In this document: piece by piece, positions 1-14,900 of the stretch | Layout: each line of letters begins with the position of its first letter | Position numbering within the stretch: position 1 is the stretch's first letter | Assembly (NCBI GenBank): GCA_964016885.1 | Contig: OZ024740.1 | Coordinates: 312,046,001-312,110,000 of the forward strand | Direction of reading: 5' to 3' | Origin: Eledone cirrhosa | Lineage: Eukaryota | DNA: 64,000 nucleotides | Notes under the pieces: generated by a model | The model's database searches: none | The model's input: the letters and a program-made list of their open reading frames with translations, nothing else | Told to the model about the DNA's origin: nothing | Made by a program: the position numbers and the translations under genes

Positions 1-71
1 TAAAGTTACTACATCTAGCTCCTCTTCAGAACGTGGTGGCATGTCAGTAAGTGCTTCACGTGCTGCTTTTA
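1..71 (-). CDS. IFT70: IFT70 coding exon 8 (cut by the window edge)
   Basis: KAAREALTDMPPRSEEELDVVTL after acceptor tttctag. Confidence 0.92.
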
Positions 72-2028
72 CTAGAAATATGAGAAAATAAAAATACATA
101 TTAAAGAATACATATGTGTGTATGTGTATGCGGGTGATAAATCCCACATCTGGCATCAAGATAGACATTTTGTGATAAAATTGTTTGATACTAGATCAGT
201 CCTAATTTAATTTTGATGTCTGCATATAAATAGGCATCATAACCATCCTCATCATTTAACATCTGTTTTCCTTGCTAGCAGAGATTGGATGGGTTGTTAC
301 AGTCAGTACTCAAGTGGAGTTACTGGCCTCTTTAACAGACTGGAGACCAGCATCTTTCTTACATAGTTTCCAATATTCTACCAAGTGCCCAAACAGGCCA
401 GGCGCCTGCATTTTACATGTTCTTGTGCTCTACTGAGTGCATTCTATCATGGCACCAACACTTGGGAGGCTGTCATATCTTTGATCAGTCATATCTTTGA
501 CACAGCTGAAGAGTCCTCCCTACCCTTCGTTTGGCAGGTTTTCTATGGTGCAATGCCATTCCTATTACCAACTAAATACTAAGCTAAGAAAAAACAGTAC
601 TCTTTGACTTAAATAAATACATTAAATGCAAGCATTTGTAGATCTGAAGATTTTAAAGACTTTTATAAATTAGAACAAATGAGAAAATAAAAATAAAGAA
701 TGAGTTCTATTACCCAACTTACTATTTTTTAGCTGATATTCAATGTTAGCTTTAAGATTGAAGGCCTGTACAAGTCCAGTCTCTTGCAATACCAAAGTGT
801 TACCAACACTCCTTGTTTCAAGCCCCATTGTAGTCATGCCAATATCAAGGTCTACAATTAAAAATTAATAGAAATAATATTGATGGCAACAAATATTTTG
901 TTATTACAAATATGAAAGTAAACATTTCATGTTGTCGTGTAGAAGTAATTGACAGTGTTTGTTACTTAGGTGACCTAATTAACAATTGAGGAGGTTGAAA
1001 ACATAGTAGCTAGAATGGAAAAAGTTTAGGGAGCTACTATCTCTGTTGACAACAAAGGGATTTTCTCTATGGGTTCTTGCATGAAATTGTGATGAAAAGT
1101 TTATATATATACTAATACAAGTTAATATAAATTAATATATGATAAACACATAAGTGTTTGTATTGTAAAAGACAAAGTTAGCTAGAATGAAATAAACTAA
1201 TTTAATTGTGCTTTTATTTTATTGATTTTATTGATTTATTATTTTAAATCGAGACAGGCAAACTATATTTTTATTTAAATTAGTTTATTTCATTCTAGCT
1301 AACTTAGTCTTTTACAATACAAACACTTATGTGTTTATCATATATTAATTTATATTAAGTTGTATTTCACGGCTCGGAAATGCTTCTTTCTTTGAGCTAA
1401 TTAATTGTAAAGGACTGTTTGAGTTTATAACTCTAAATATAATATAATATATATACTAATATAAATTTAATAATTTCATTAGGGTAAGATATTGTCTAGA
1501 CAAATGTATCCACATTATGCATGTTTATATGATAATATGTTTTATATATACTAGCAGAAAAACCACCCTAGGGTGGTTTTTCTGCTAGAATGTGTAGTGT
1601 GTATATTGATATTATACATGTAGATATGATACATCAAATAAAATCGTAATTGACAATATACACAGAAATTGAATGAAGTCTATGTTACACTGTCTTCTGT
1701 AATCAGTAAAGTAATCCATGATATATTTTAAAAAATATATTATATATAAACTGCATTAGGAGAAAATTAGTGATGGAAATATATATGATATTTTTATAAG
1801 TGTTATAATATAAGGGCTGCTAACTGGAAGTGTTGACATTTGAAAATTTTAAAGAAGTGAATCTTTAAATAAGCTATAAAATATATTTAATCAACAGCCA
1901 CGAAATTTAGCACATAAATTATGTAATATTCATTCATTATTTATTCAAAGTAATCCAACTTATTTTACAAACGGGGTAAAAAAATATATTCTGGATGCAG
2001 TCCTGCACTCCTTTCTTTATTATAGTTA

Positions 2029-2083
<55 letters not shown>

Positions 2084-2110
2084 TAGATATAGATAGATAT
2101 AAAATATTTT

Positions 2111-2162
<52 letters not shown>

Positions 2163-3141
2163 GAGTTGGACAAAATAATGGAAACACCTAGCATCATAGC
2201 ATCATAATTTTGAAATATCTATAAAGCCGTCAAAAGCTTGTATATTTTTATGTTTTTTGATTTATTATTAATGTTGCTTAATATGTTTTTTGATTTATTA
2301 TTAGTGTTGCTTAATATGTTTTGTTAAAATTGCTGTTTCTTTTCAGATATCGTCAGAAAAAGGTAATTAAAATTCATTAAAATGACAGATCTATAGGACT
2401 TTCAAAGAGGTCAAATTGTTGGTGTTCGTATGCCAGACGCTAGCGTAACGAAAACAGCCGAAATGTTTGGTGTATCAAGAAGTGCTGTCTCGAAAGTAAT
2501 GACAGCCTTTGAGAAAGAGGGAAAAACCTCCTCGTTGAAACAAAACTCCGGAAGAAAACCAAAACTTTCAGATAGGGACCGTCGAACTCTTACGCGAATT
2601 GTTAGAAAGGATCACAAAAGTACAGCTCCCAAAATTACTGCAGAGCTTAATGACCACCTCGAGAACAATAAAAATAAACAAGCTTTCGACGGTTTTATAG
2701 ATATTTCAAAATTATGATGCTATGATGCTAGGTGTTTCCATTATTTTGTCCAACCCCTGTATATATATACATATATACATATATATATATAAAATATCAT
2801 ACAAACATACATAATGTGGATACATTTTCTAGACAATATCTTACCCTTGAATTTTTATGTTACTGCTCCTAATTAAATTTTTTAATTTATATTAGTAGAG
2901 CTGACTTTATGTTCTAATAGTGACTACCTGTAGCACTTTGATTAGCCTATACTTTTGTCAGACAATATGATTAATTACTTTACGTATTAATCAATATATA
3001 TATATATATATATTTTGAATTGAGTTTGAATTATTTTTCCCACATCTTACGTTAACTATTTTCCCATTTTGACGCTATAGTCACTTATATATTATGGAAT
3101 ACTGTTGGCTTCTTGCTACAATACTTTCTATACCTTTCATT

Positions 3142-3181
<40 letters not shown>

Positions 3182-6100
3182 GTATTCCTTCGAGATCTCC
3201 TCTGTAAAGCATTTTAAAATTCACTCTCATCACTTCTGCCTACGTCTTCTTTGGCTTTCCTCTACAGCAGCTTCCTTCTGGAAACACCTGGAATTCTTCA
3301 CCTAACAATCATTATCCACATGCATCACAATCTTCCCTCTTGCACACTACATTTGATTTTTTTCAAACCAAGTTTTTCTCACAGCCCATCCATGCTTTGC
3401 TGTTCATGCATATTAATATCAAACATAAATTGAAGCATGCTTGCTTCATTTTTCTTCAGCCTCCACATATCCTCTGCAGTCACTGCCCACGTTTCACTTC
3501 CATGCTACATTGCACTTTACACACAGGCATCATACAGCCAGTCTTTCAATCATAGAGAGAAACCTTTTGTTGTCAACAGCAGCACTAGCTCGCTTAAACT
3601 TTTCTAGCCTGTTCTTATTCTAGCTACTATACATTCAGAGCAACCTCCTCCACTGATTATACAGTCACAGTCATTTGACCATGAAATACTTTTTGTTGTT
3701 TCTTTAGCCCCATTCCAGCATATATATGGCTCAAAGCTAATTGACAAGATATTTCAAACTGATCTACACAACCATTCTTTCATTATTTGGTTTTGTAAAT
3801 GTTGATATAGTACATCTAAATTTGGGTGAAGAGTGAAATATTTAAACAAAATACAAAACAGGAAAAGATGTTTTACCTGGGTGTTCTTGTGCTCCTCTCT
3901 CTATAATTTCATTGATATACTTTAATGAGGCAGAGTACTGCTTCATCATATAGAAACACAAGGCAATACTGTAGGCTGTCTCTGCATTGTAACCAGTTAC
4001 TTGCATAGCAGCTACAAATTTCTTGCATGCCTCTTCATAACGGTTCTCCTATTGAACAAACAAAAGGTACTTATAATAGTCAAACAACCAATTATATTGA
4101 TAACAAAAATATCTAAGATAATATTTAAATAAAATAATAAGTAATTATCTACAAAATTTCATAAATGCTTCTTAATTTGCATTGAAAGTTACTCTCTATA
4201 TTTCCAGAGATTCAGCTGAAAACATAATTATTAGAACTTCTTATCCTTTTGGTGATTATATTTTTCATGAGTATCACTGTATTTCAATTATTTTTCAATA
4301 TAATCAAGATGTTGGATGGGATTAATAAAACATCTGTAGCTTGAGATGAGGGTTGACAAATTTCTTTTTGGATAGGAAAATGCACCCAGTACACTCTGTA
4401 AAGTGGTTGGTGATATGAAGGACATCCAGCCATAGAAAACTTGCCAAAAAGGGATGAGAGAACTCTTCATTTATGTCAAGGCAAAAGAACATCTCTAGTG
4501 TTGGTGACATGATAAAACACCCAGCACACACCATAAAGTAGTTGGTGGTAGGAAGGGTATCCAATTGTAGAAAATCTGCCAAACAAAATATCAGTTGTGT
4601 TAAAGAGCAGGAAAAACAAATGTTAAATGATGCTGCTGCTGATGAAGATGTATTGCAGTAACTTTCATGGAAAAACTAGCATCTATTCCAACAGATGTGA
4701 ACAAAACATCATCATTATCATCCACTTCTATGTGCTGGATAAATTGTCATGGTCCAAGTCAGTTCTTATTCAGAATTACTGCTCTCCTAGAAGGGTCAAG
4801 TGACTCTGTCTCACTCATACATTCCATACTTGGTTTGGTTTCTATGGCTGGATGTCCTTTCTATCACCAACTACTAATGTTGAATTAATGTCCTCCCAAA
4901 ATACATATCAAAATACCTGCAGTAGATTCAAACTTAAAACCTATGAGTTGATAATCTGATAAGATATCTACCAAGAGACTCAATTTCTATATCTTACTGA
5001 CTCTTCAGTTCTGTAAATATGGAGCTGAACCATTTGTTTGTGGCATATATTAATGACATAGATGCCAACTTAAAGAATGCCACGGTACTGAAATATGCAG
5101 ATGACATCAAGCTGTACCTTGAAATCAAAAGGACTGATCCTGAAATCTACAACTCTTTCCTACAATCAGACCTGGACACAATGCAGCAATGGATCACAGA
5201 CTGGCAACTGAAGCTAGCTGTGGACAAGTGTACCACCATGCATTTTGGGAGGAAAAATCCAGCGTCCACATACTCCCTCCACAACACTGATATCAAGAAG
5301 TCCTCTTGTGAACGTGACCTGGGCATTACTGTCAGCAGCGATTTGCGTTGGACAAAGCATGTCTCTAAGATTGTCAAGAAGGCCGAGGGTGTCTTGGCAT
5401 CACTCAGCAAGACCTTTGTTAGCCGCTCTCCAGCCATCTATTTAAAGCTGTATACAGCTATGGTACGACCACACTTGGAATTCGCATCATCAGTCTGGAA
5501 CCCCTATCTTGCTCAGAACATTGACCACCTGGAAACTGTTCAGAGACGTGCAACCAGGCGCATACTCTCCATCGGACACCTACCATACTCTGAACGCCTT
5601 GCTTCCCTGGGCATGGATTCATTGAAGCTCCGACATCTGGCAATGGACTTGGTAAACACACACAAAGTTATTAACCATCTCACCAACAACAACCCTGAGC
5701 ACCTTTTTGATCTCCATGTGTCTAACACACGTGGACATGCCTACAAAATTAGAAAACAGCACAACTCCCATGACTTTCGGAAACATTTTTTCACGCATGG
5801 AACAAACTGCCTGCGTCAGTTCTTAGCTGCCGAGACACTGCATCTTTTAAAACCCTCATGCTTCCCGAAATTCGCAAAAACTACACCTGATGTACCCCTT
5901 CCATACACATGCACACATGTATATCATGACTCATGCACTGTTCATTTTCCTGACGTTTGTACATTACCCTATGTACTATACATTTTGATGAGTTGTAGTT
6001 CACCTGAGCACTGTACACAATATTTTCATTATTATCAAATAGACTAAACAGAAATTAAGATTCCTGCTAGCTTTTCGTCTTTATAGAACACTCACACTAC

Positions 6101-9100
6101 TTCACAACAATGCTATTTTATTACAATATAAATTGTCTATAGTATAAAAATATTGTTTGCGAAGAGTTTCTTCCCTTAGATTACAATTATTTTTGTTCGA
6201 GCTATAGTGGTGTTTTTTTTTTTAACAAGAATTAGCATGCATAATTCCAGAAGGAGTCGTTGGAGCGACGTAGTGACATACAGCGTTACTTGGGTATTTT
6301 AAAACCTGGCAGAACCTATCCCTCTCTAGGTCTCAACACAGCAGATTTCTTCCAGACAAGGATAGAGTGTGAGAGAAAGGAAATGAGAGAGATATAGAGG
6401 GAAAATTGACCCAAGGTTGGTACTTTTTTTATAGACCTCGAAAGGATGAAAGGCAAAGTTGACCTCGGAGGGATTTGAACTCAGAGAGCAAAACGAGTAC
6501 CACAAAGCATTCTATCCAACGTTCTAACAGTTCTGTCAATTGGCTGCCTATCAACAAGTATTTACTCCCATTTTTTAAATTATTCCAGAAATATATAATT
6601 TTATACAGTGAAAATGTTTAGACTAATAATGGATTCTGATTTAAGCACAAGGCCAGCAATTTAGGAAGGGAGAAGTCAATCAAATACATCAACCCCAGTA
6701 TTTGACTGGTACTTTATTTGCTAAACCCCAGAAGGATGAAAAGCAAAGTTGACTTTGGCAGGACTTGAACTCAAAATGTAAAGGGCAGTAACTAAATGTA
6801 CGAGACATTTTATCTGATGCTCTAACGACTCTGCCAATCCACAATCTTTTTTATTGAAAATAATTGTTTCTACTATAGGCACAAGGCCATCAATTTGAAA
6901 GGGAGGGGAAAGTCGATTAAATCAACCCCCAGTGCATTACTGGTGTTTATTTTATTGACCCTGTAAGGATGAAAGGCTAAGCTAACCTTAGCGGGATTTG
7001 AACTCAGAACGTAAAGGGCCATAATTCTATGCCACAAAAGCATAGTGTCCAACGCTCTACCGATACTGCCAATCCGCCGCCCTTTTTGAGTAAAAATAAT
7101 AAAAGTTATTTTTTGATATGGCAGGAAAACAGAAAAATGTATCCTACTAACCTTAAACAGGATGCAAGCTTGATTTAAATCAGTATCGGGATCTTGCGAT
7201 GGACACTGTTCAACTAGAGCCTGTTAGAAATTGATAACATTCAACATTAAAAGAAAGTTCACATAACACTTCTACATAAATATTTTAAATACAGATGAAA
7301 AATTTGTAGCTACCCCAGTAATTAATAGGGCTTATTAACAACAGAAAGCCTAAACTGATTTGATTTAATTAGCTAAAGTCACAAATACATAATGCATCTT
7401 CACATAAAGAAAATGTGGCAGGGAAGACTTCATCAGTTGGAGAATGCAACACAAAGAAAAGAAAACAAAAAGCTCATACTTTTTTAATCCCACTCATGAT
7501 AGCTCATTTTTAAAGGAATATATTGATAACATTTGAGAGTGCATGGCTTCTATAACTATTGCACAGACGTATTTTTTAAGTACAATGCAGCACCTAATCA
7601 TTTGAGAGTAAAACTGCATAGTCTTTGTAATGACTATAAAAGCAGCATCAAGTGATCATTGAACAAAGTAGATAAAAGTATCTAACGTTGTTCACAGTTC
7701 ACTTATAGATTGCTAAGATCATTACACCTGAAAATACTGGAAAATATTACAGACTGATAAGTTTCAGAAAGTTAGTACAATGTGGTAGAAATAGTTGAAG
7801 GGTAGAAATATTTGAATGACAAATAAAACAAAACAAAGTAATGTCTTACCCAGTATATTTCAATATAATATTTCAGGATTAATACCCTCCTTTCAAATGT
7901 AAAACTGAACCAGTTAGGGAAGAACACATCGATTGTTCATTTTTGTTTTAAACTCTTTTCATTTTACATTTGAAAAGAGGGTAATAGCTCTGAATTATTA
8001 CATTGAAATACACTGGGTAAAACATTATTTTTTTTGGTTTTATTTGTCATCCTTTGCCCTAACTGCATTGTAGCGGCTTTCTGAAACTTATCAGTCATTT
8101 AATATTTATATCATAATGTTTTGTATTAACTATACTACATTACAAATGATGTTTCGATGCAATATTTTCTATTAAACAAAAATGTTGTGTTAATTTCATT
8201 TTGAAGTCACTACTCTCACTTTTAAGTGGTAAAGTCTCATTTATCTCACTTTAAAGTGGCAATGACTCACTTTGAAATGAAATGTGCTCACTTAGAATTA
8301 CAAATACTGAAGGCTAGAAAGGCACTATGATTATCAATAAGGGAGACATACTAAATATAAATGAACTGAGAGAATAGGTGAATGTTAGACACACTGACTA
8401 CTGTATATGACAGAAGTAATTGTGTTGGTATCAACAAATTAGTTTTCTTTAAAGTTCCTCAGTTGGTTAAACAGTTGTGATACTGGCTAAGCTGGAGCAC
8501 AACTGATTTCTGTGGCCTTTTCTCCACATATTTACATAGGTTTGATGGGTCTGCCGTACAATATATTGCCATTTATCTTGAGATTTCTCCATTTAATCTG
8601 TAGGGCCCAGCATGCTGGTATCTGACCTGAATCCCTTTCCCTGTCATAGATAATATGTAGATGCCAGTATTCTACTCAACAGTTATTGTTCATTTTTATC
8701 ACCTGCCCATACCAGTAGAGTCATCTACACATATGAAAGGGAATGAGCAGAATGTGCTGGCATGTGAGTATTTTGTGACTTAGCAGTTCCACAAATCAAT
8801 AAAATAAGAACCAGACTTGATAAAAATAAACACTGGGGTCAATATGATCAGTTAGATCAAGACAGTACCCCAGTATGGCCACTGTCTGAGGACTGAAACC
8901 ATTAGAAGAGTAAAAAAGCATGTTGGACCTGTACTGGCTCTGACAATGAGTGTTCCAGTTGATTCAATCAATGGAACAGCCTTCTTATGAAATGAATATG
9001 CAAGTGGTTGCACATTCCACAAACACATGTACTCTTAATGGAGTTCTCGGGAAGATTCATCATAACACAGTGTGTGACATGGCTGGCTCTTTGAATTAAA

Positions 9101-11866
9101 TGCACAACTCATTTTCCACTGCCAAATAGACTAGAGCAATGTGAAATAATGTATCTTGCTCATGGACACAATACACCCCTAGGAATCAAACTCAAGACAC
9201 AGCTGAAAACCTTAACCACTAAGCCATGTGCCTTCACATACATATTTCTCAACATGCACACACACACAAACATATAAAAGAAAGGGAAGGTAATAGAAAA
9301 AAAAGAAAAAATTTGATTAAAGCTAGACTGAGATATTTTGAAGTAATTCTTACTTTTGCTCCTGGAAGGTCTTCTTCACCATATTTTATAGCAGCTTGCA
9401 GCTTAGTAACCTAGTGGAAAAAATCACATCAATTATTGTAGATTTTTTCATTTCTTTTCCTTTAGTCAGTGAGGCAAAGACAGTAATGGTGACCCCTTTT
9501 AGGGCCTCCAAGATTGGTGGGAAGAAGGAAAGTGTCCTCAAACCAGAGAACTGGTCTGCATACATGCAACATGATGGACAACAGTAATTACACACAAGGT
9601 GACCAAATGATGAGGATAACCCTTTCATGGCTGCATTTCTAATGAAATACTGTCTATTTTAATTAAACAATTAAGAATTTTGAGGACTTTGCTAAAATTA
9701 TTATTTATTTCATTACTAAGACAGTAACTTAATGTAAGGTTCTTATATAAAATAATGTTGGAAAGTGATCACAAAAACACAACTTGCGAAGTGAACACAA
9801 CGATGTCACTTGGCACACTGGTGTATGAAGGTCACTGTTAGCTCTCACTGTGCATGCAACTGTGTGTTGCCATCTGTTGGTGCACTACAGAACTAGTCAG
9901 AAAACTTTTTGAAACCACCTCATATGTTCTGTGTTTAAACCGTGTCATGGTCTACTTTGCCCATTCATCCTTTCGGGGTTGATAAAGTAAAGTGCCAGTT
10001 AAATACTAGGGTTGATTTAATTGGCTAGCCCCATCCCATTTGAAATTTCTGGCTTTGTACTTGGTTAATATTATTATTATTATTATTATCTATATATCTA
10101 AAACAGAGAATGTCTGTCTATCTGTCTGTCTGACTCCCATAAACTCGAGAACCACCCAACTGATTGTTTTCAAACTTTACACATGTAATACTTATGGTCC
10201 TGTGAGTATTTTGAGCAAATTTCAAATTTTCAATGCCTTAGGGACTGCATTAGGCGATTTAGAGATCTCTCTCTATAATTCTTAGTCTTTCTTTTTAGAT
10301 AGATACATAGATATAACGTTGCATCCTTATAATATCTGTCTGTCTGCCTGACTGTCTGCATTACAACATTATGACGCTATGTGTGTGTGTGTATATATAT
10401 GTATATATATAGTGTGTGTATATATATGTATATATATAGTGTGTGTATATATAGTGTGTAACGTTTTTTTAAATATTTACTTCTGCGTTCACAGATTGAT
10501 TTTTTTAGTTTCAGAAGATCCCATTAAGGGTGAAAGCAGCGATTCTTTGCTTAAACTTTAATCTGTTATTTTAATATATTCGTGTACAGATATTTTTGCA
10601 TCACAATAACAAAATATAAACAAACGTATTTATTTCACGAGGTTCGATAAGGATAAATATATATCAAATATATAAGAACCCTAGAGCAAATCCCGAGCAA
10701 CGCCGGGCCATTCTGCTAGTCTATATATCTAAAACAGAGAATGTCTGTATGTCTGTCTGACTCACTAAAACTTGAGAACCACTCAACCGATTGTTTTCAA
10801 ACTTTACACATGTAATACTTATGGTCCTGTGAGTGTTGTGAGCAAAAAATAAAACAAAAAATATAAACAAAAGTATTTATTTTGCAATAAAGTATTGATT
10901 TTCTTTGCACGGAAAAAAACCCTGGTAATCTATGACAAATTTTTTTTATAAGCACAAAATGTAGACACCATCCCCAGGCCGAGGTATTCCGTACTTCTCT
11001 GTACTGTTTCAGAAAGGAGGGATAAACATGCCAATCTATGTTTAGAAGCCCGAGCAACACCGGGCCATTCTGCTAGTTATTATTAAAGGAGGTGGATTGG
11101 CAGTATTATTAGAGCATCGGACATGCTTTGCAGCATATAGTTATGGCTCTTTACGTTCTGGGTTCTAATCCCGCTGAGGTTAACTTTGACCTTCATCCTT
11201 ACAGGGTTGATAAAATAAAATACTAGAAAGTCACTGGGGTCGATTTAATCAACTTTCCCTTCTCCACAAATTGTTAGTCCTATGAAACTAATATTATTAT
11301 TATTAAGGAAAAAGATTGGCAGAATCATTAGTATGTCAGACAAAATGTTTTATGGCATTTAGTTACAACCCTTTACATTCTAAGTTTAAATCCTACAGAG
11401 GTCATCTTTGTATTTCAGCCTTCTGGAGTTAATAAAATATAAGTGCCAGTCAAGTACTGGAGTTAATTAAATCAACTTTGTCCTTCCCCCAAATTTGCTG
11501 GTCTTGTGTCTAAATTAGAAATCGTTACTATTATATAAGAGGTTAACTTTGCCTTTCATCCTTACGGGGTCGATAAAATAAAGTACCAGTAATGTACTGG
11601 GTAATTGCTGGCCTTGTGCCAAAAGTAAAAACAATTATTATTATATAAAAGAGTAGTCAATTGGCAGAATTGTTAGAGTGTTGGTCAAAATGTTTTATTC
11701 TATTTAGTTATGACTTTCTACATTCTGAATGCAAATCCTGCTCAAGGTTAACTTTGTATGATATCCTTCCAGAGTTAATAAAACAAAGTACCAGTTATTT
11801 ACTGGAGTCAATGAAATTGGCTTTCCTCTTCCCTCAAAATTGCTGCCATTGTGCCAATATTCAAAA

Positions 11867-11900
<34 letters not shown>

Positions 11901-14900
11901 TGTATTATTATTTTTATTGCACATCATTACTGCTCTACTGAGCCTTGGGTATGAGCACTGTAGTTTTTGCTGATGTTGTTTCTATTGTATTGATAGTACT
12001 TTTCGTAATATGTGCACAGTGCCTAGTAGTGCTATCTTTTGTATGCTGTATATATTTGTAAGTCCTGGGGTCTTGCCTATGTATTTGTCTGTGTGTTTTT
12101 TTATCATTCCTAGAGCACCTATTATTATTGTTTCTGTTTTCATTTTCCACATTTGAGTTATTTCTATCTCTAGATCTTTATATTTGGAGAGTTTCTCTAT
12201 TTCCTTGGAAGATATTATTATTATTATTAATTATTCAGAAAGAAAGAAAATGAACCTAAGTTTGCTAAGTGTTGTAGCTGGAAATCATGAGAAACAACCA
12301 CATTCTTTAACTCTTTAGCATTTAAACCAGTTGTATCCAGCCACAATTTTTTCACCTCTTTCTCTTCAAACCAGCCATATCCAGCTATTCATACCGACGT
12401 TAAGGTATTATTCTCAAAATAAATAATATCAAAATCTCATAGATTCAATATTATGTGAGATAAAGCCTTTACAATAGTAAATATAGAATAATGCAAATGG
12501 TAAAGGGTTAAACATTGAAATAAATAACAATGACAAAACCAATAACTTTAAACTGAAACACATACTTTAACCTGATAATCTGCACTCTCAATTTGACATG
12601 CGATTTTCATTGCCTCTTGGTAGAGACATGCCTTGTATAATGACTGGGAATAATAAAGTTTGTAGTTCTCAACATCTGGATGTAGTATGGACAACTGTTC
12701 ATAGCAATCTGCAGCATCTACAAAGTTCTGTTGATGGAAATGGCAGTATCCCAGTAAAGATAGTGCTGCTCGCGACTAAAGAATGGAAAAAGATTAAACA
12801 ACAAAAGTTTATATATATACAAATGTGTGTAAATATGTATTATGTTATAGTTAAAGTAATTTAAAACTACTCAATTATAATTATAATATAAAATATTTGT
12901 ACTTTACTTTGAGTACACTTCACTTTGTTCACAATACTACTTATAAGAGATGTCTGGGAGGACAGTAGCTCTGATTAAGTACTAATTGAGATGGTCTCCA
13001 CTTAGCAGTATAATGCCAATTTTCCCACCTAACTGCCACCTTTCCATTAGATCCCCACCCACTCTACTCTTCATCTACCCCCTTCCCTCATCTACCCATG
13101 GTAGTGCGGAAAGCTAGGGTGGACTATCTTTGATTCATCTTCCCCACCTAACCCATGTCCCCACTCCCTTCACACTCACATCCCTGACACTTTTTCTGTC
13201 CAACCTAAGCCAACATGGAAAGCCAAGCATATCCCACAATATGTCAGACCCCACCTACGTGCCTAAGATTCATCTGTGTCCTGGCATTTCCTTCACCAAT
13301 GGTGAGATATCTCTCCCATTGGTATGCAGCATATAGCTTGTACCCTCTCCATTTTTACGCCCCCCCCCCACCTCACATAAACACCTCCCCAGTCTGACAC
13401 ACCAAGCACCCTAATGTTGTAATGAGACAATGCTGATGCCACAACAAAAAAGCACTCTGTCCATCCTATAAGCTGCTCGTACTGGTGCCACAACAAAAAA
13501 GCACCCAGTCCACTCTGTAAGGTGGTAGTGCTGGTACCACAAAAAAGCTCCCAGTCCAGGCTGTTGGCATTCGGAAGGGCATCCAACAGTAGAAAAGAAA
13601 ACCAAAAATGGATTGTATAAGCAAGTAATTGTGACCTGACCTATCTACCTTTGTAACGTGACAATCCATTTAATCAATGCATGGAAAATAGTCATTAAAT
13701 GGTGATGGTGAGGATGATGATGATGATAATGATACATATGCACACTACACAAGTAGATATAGTATGGTTCTATTAACCATACCATAATACTGCTAGAAAT
13801 AGCAGCCAAATTTCCTTCAAATCAAACTCTTCATTTTAAATTTAGAACACATAGGACAATGTAACACCTGTTGGAGTAGATGCCTTTGACAATAGGTTTG
13901 CTTGATTATGGATGACCCAGGGCTAAACAACAAAGACCCAATGACTCAATGAATGTTTAACCATTTGATCAGTAGTGCTACACCATCACAACATTATTCT
14001 GGCAGTATCGGTAGAGAGTCAGACGCCATGCTTTGACGCATAGAGTTGTGGCCCTTACTATTCTGAGTTCAAATCCCGCCGAGGTTAACTTTGCCTTTCA
14101 TCCATACGGGGTCGATAAAATAAAGTACCAGTAATGCACTGGGTAATTGCTGGCCTTGTGCCAAAAGTAGAAACAATTATTCTTCTAAATAAATATCTTA
14201 ATATAAATATAGATATTTGTTTTTACATGATTTTTTTTTTTTTTCTAAGCAAGCATGGTTTTGTAAATTCAAAGTTTTGCATGAATTATTAGAGTCATGT
14301 TTTTCTTAATGCTAATCATGGTTGGGGTTGTTTTAGGCACAGTAGTGTAACTAGAGTCGGGGGGAGGTCCACCCCGAGCGACACTGTTGGGTCTGCTGAA
14401 GGCTATAAGTGTTCTTTTAATGCTGCAGCATAATATCATAATTGTACACAGACAAGTTTAAATATATGTATATATGTATATATATATATATATATGTGTG
14501 TGCGTGTGTGTAGTGCACTTGAGCACTGTACATAATAATTTCATTATTATTATTATTATATATATAACTTCAAGAGTTATATATATTAAGAGCAATATGT
14601 ATTTTTTGTGGGGGCCCAGTGGGCAGCAAACTGAAGGGCTGCCCCAGGTGGCACACACTTTATTTATGTCACTGTGTAGGCATTTTTTCAGTTGTCAAGA
14701 TTTTTACCCTTATCAGAAGGAAGATAAAGTTGTGTTATAATGTTAATGGAATTATAGAGCAGATGTTACTTTCTACATGCCTAGAGCAAGAGAGAGAATT
14801 AGCATCTACAGCTAGACAGTGGAAATAATGTGTTTTAGCTGAAGTCAGTAAAAAAGTCTTTGATCTTATAACTTTTCAGAAATGTATACTCACTGTTGGA

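Larger units (their letters stand above)
1453..2897. mobile_element. Older TIR element/MITE hosting nested insertions
   Basis: gggtaagatattgtctagacaaatgtatccacattatg (~1482-1519) is inverted to cataatgtggatacattttctagacaatatcttaccc (~2810-2846); the outer AT-rich ends are also inverted. Confidence 0.55.

Noticed and set aside
5019-6047. 342-aa ORF as a host gene
   Set aside because: It is a 5'-truncated CR1 RT fragment. The ATG comes from flanking DNA, and a 16-bp deletion near 5796 shifts the frame into 3' UTR sequence.
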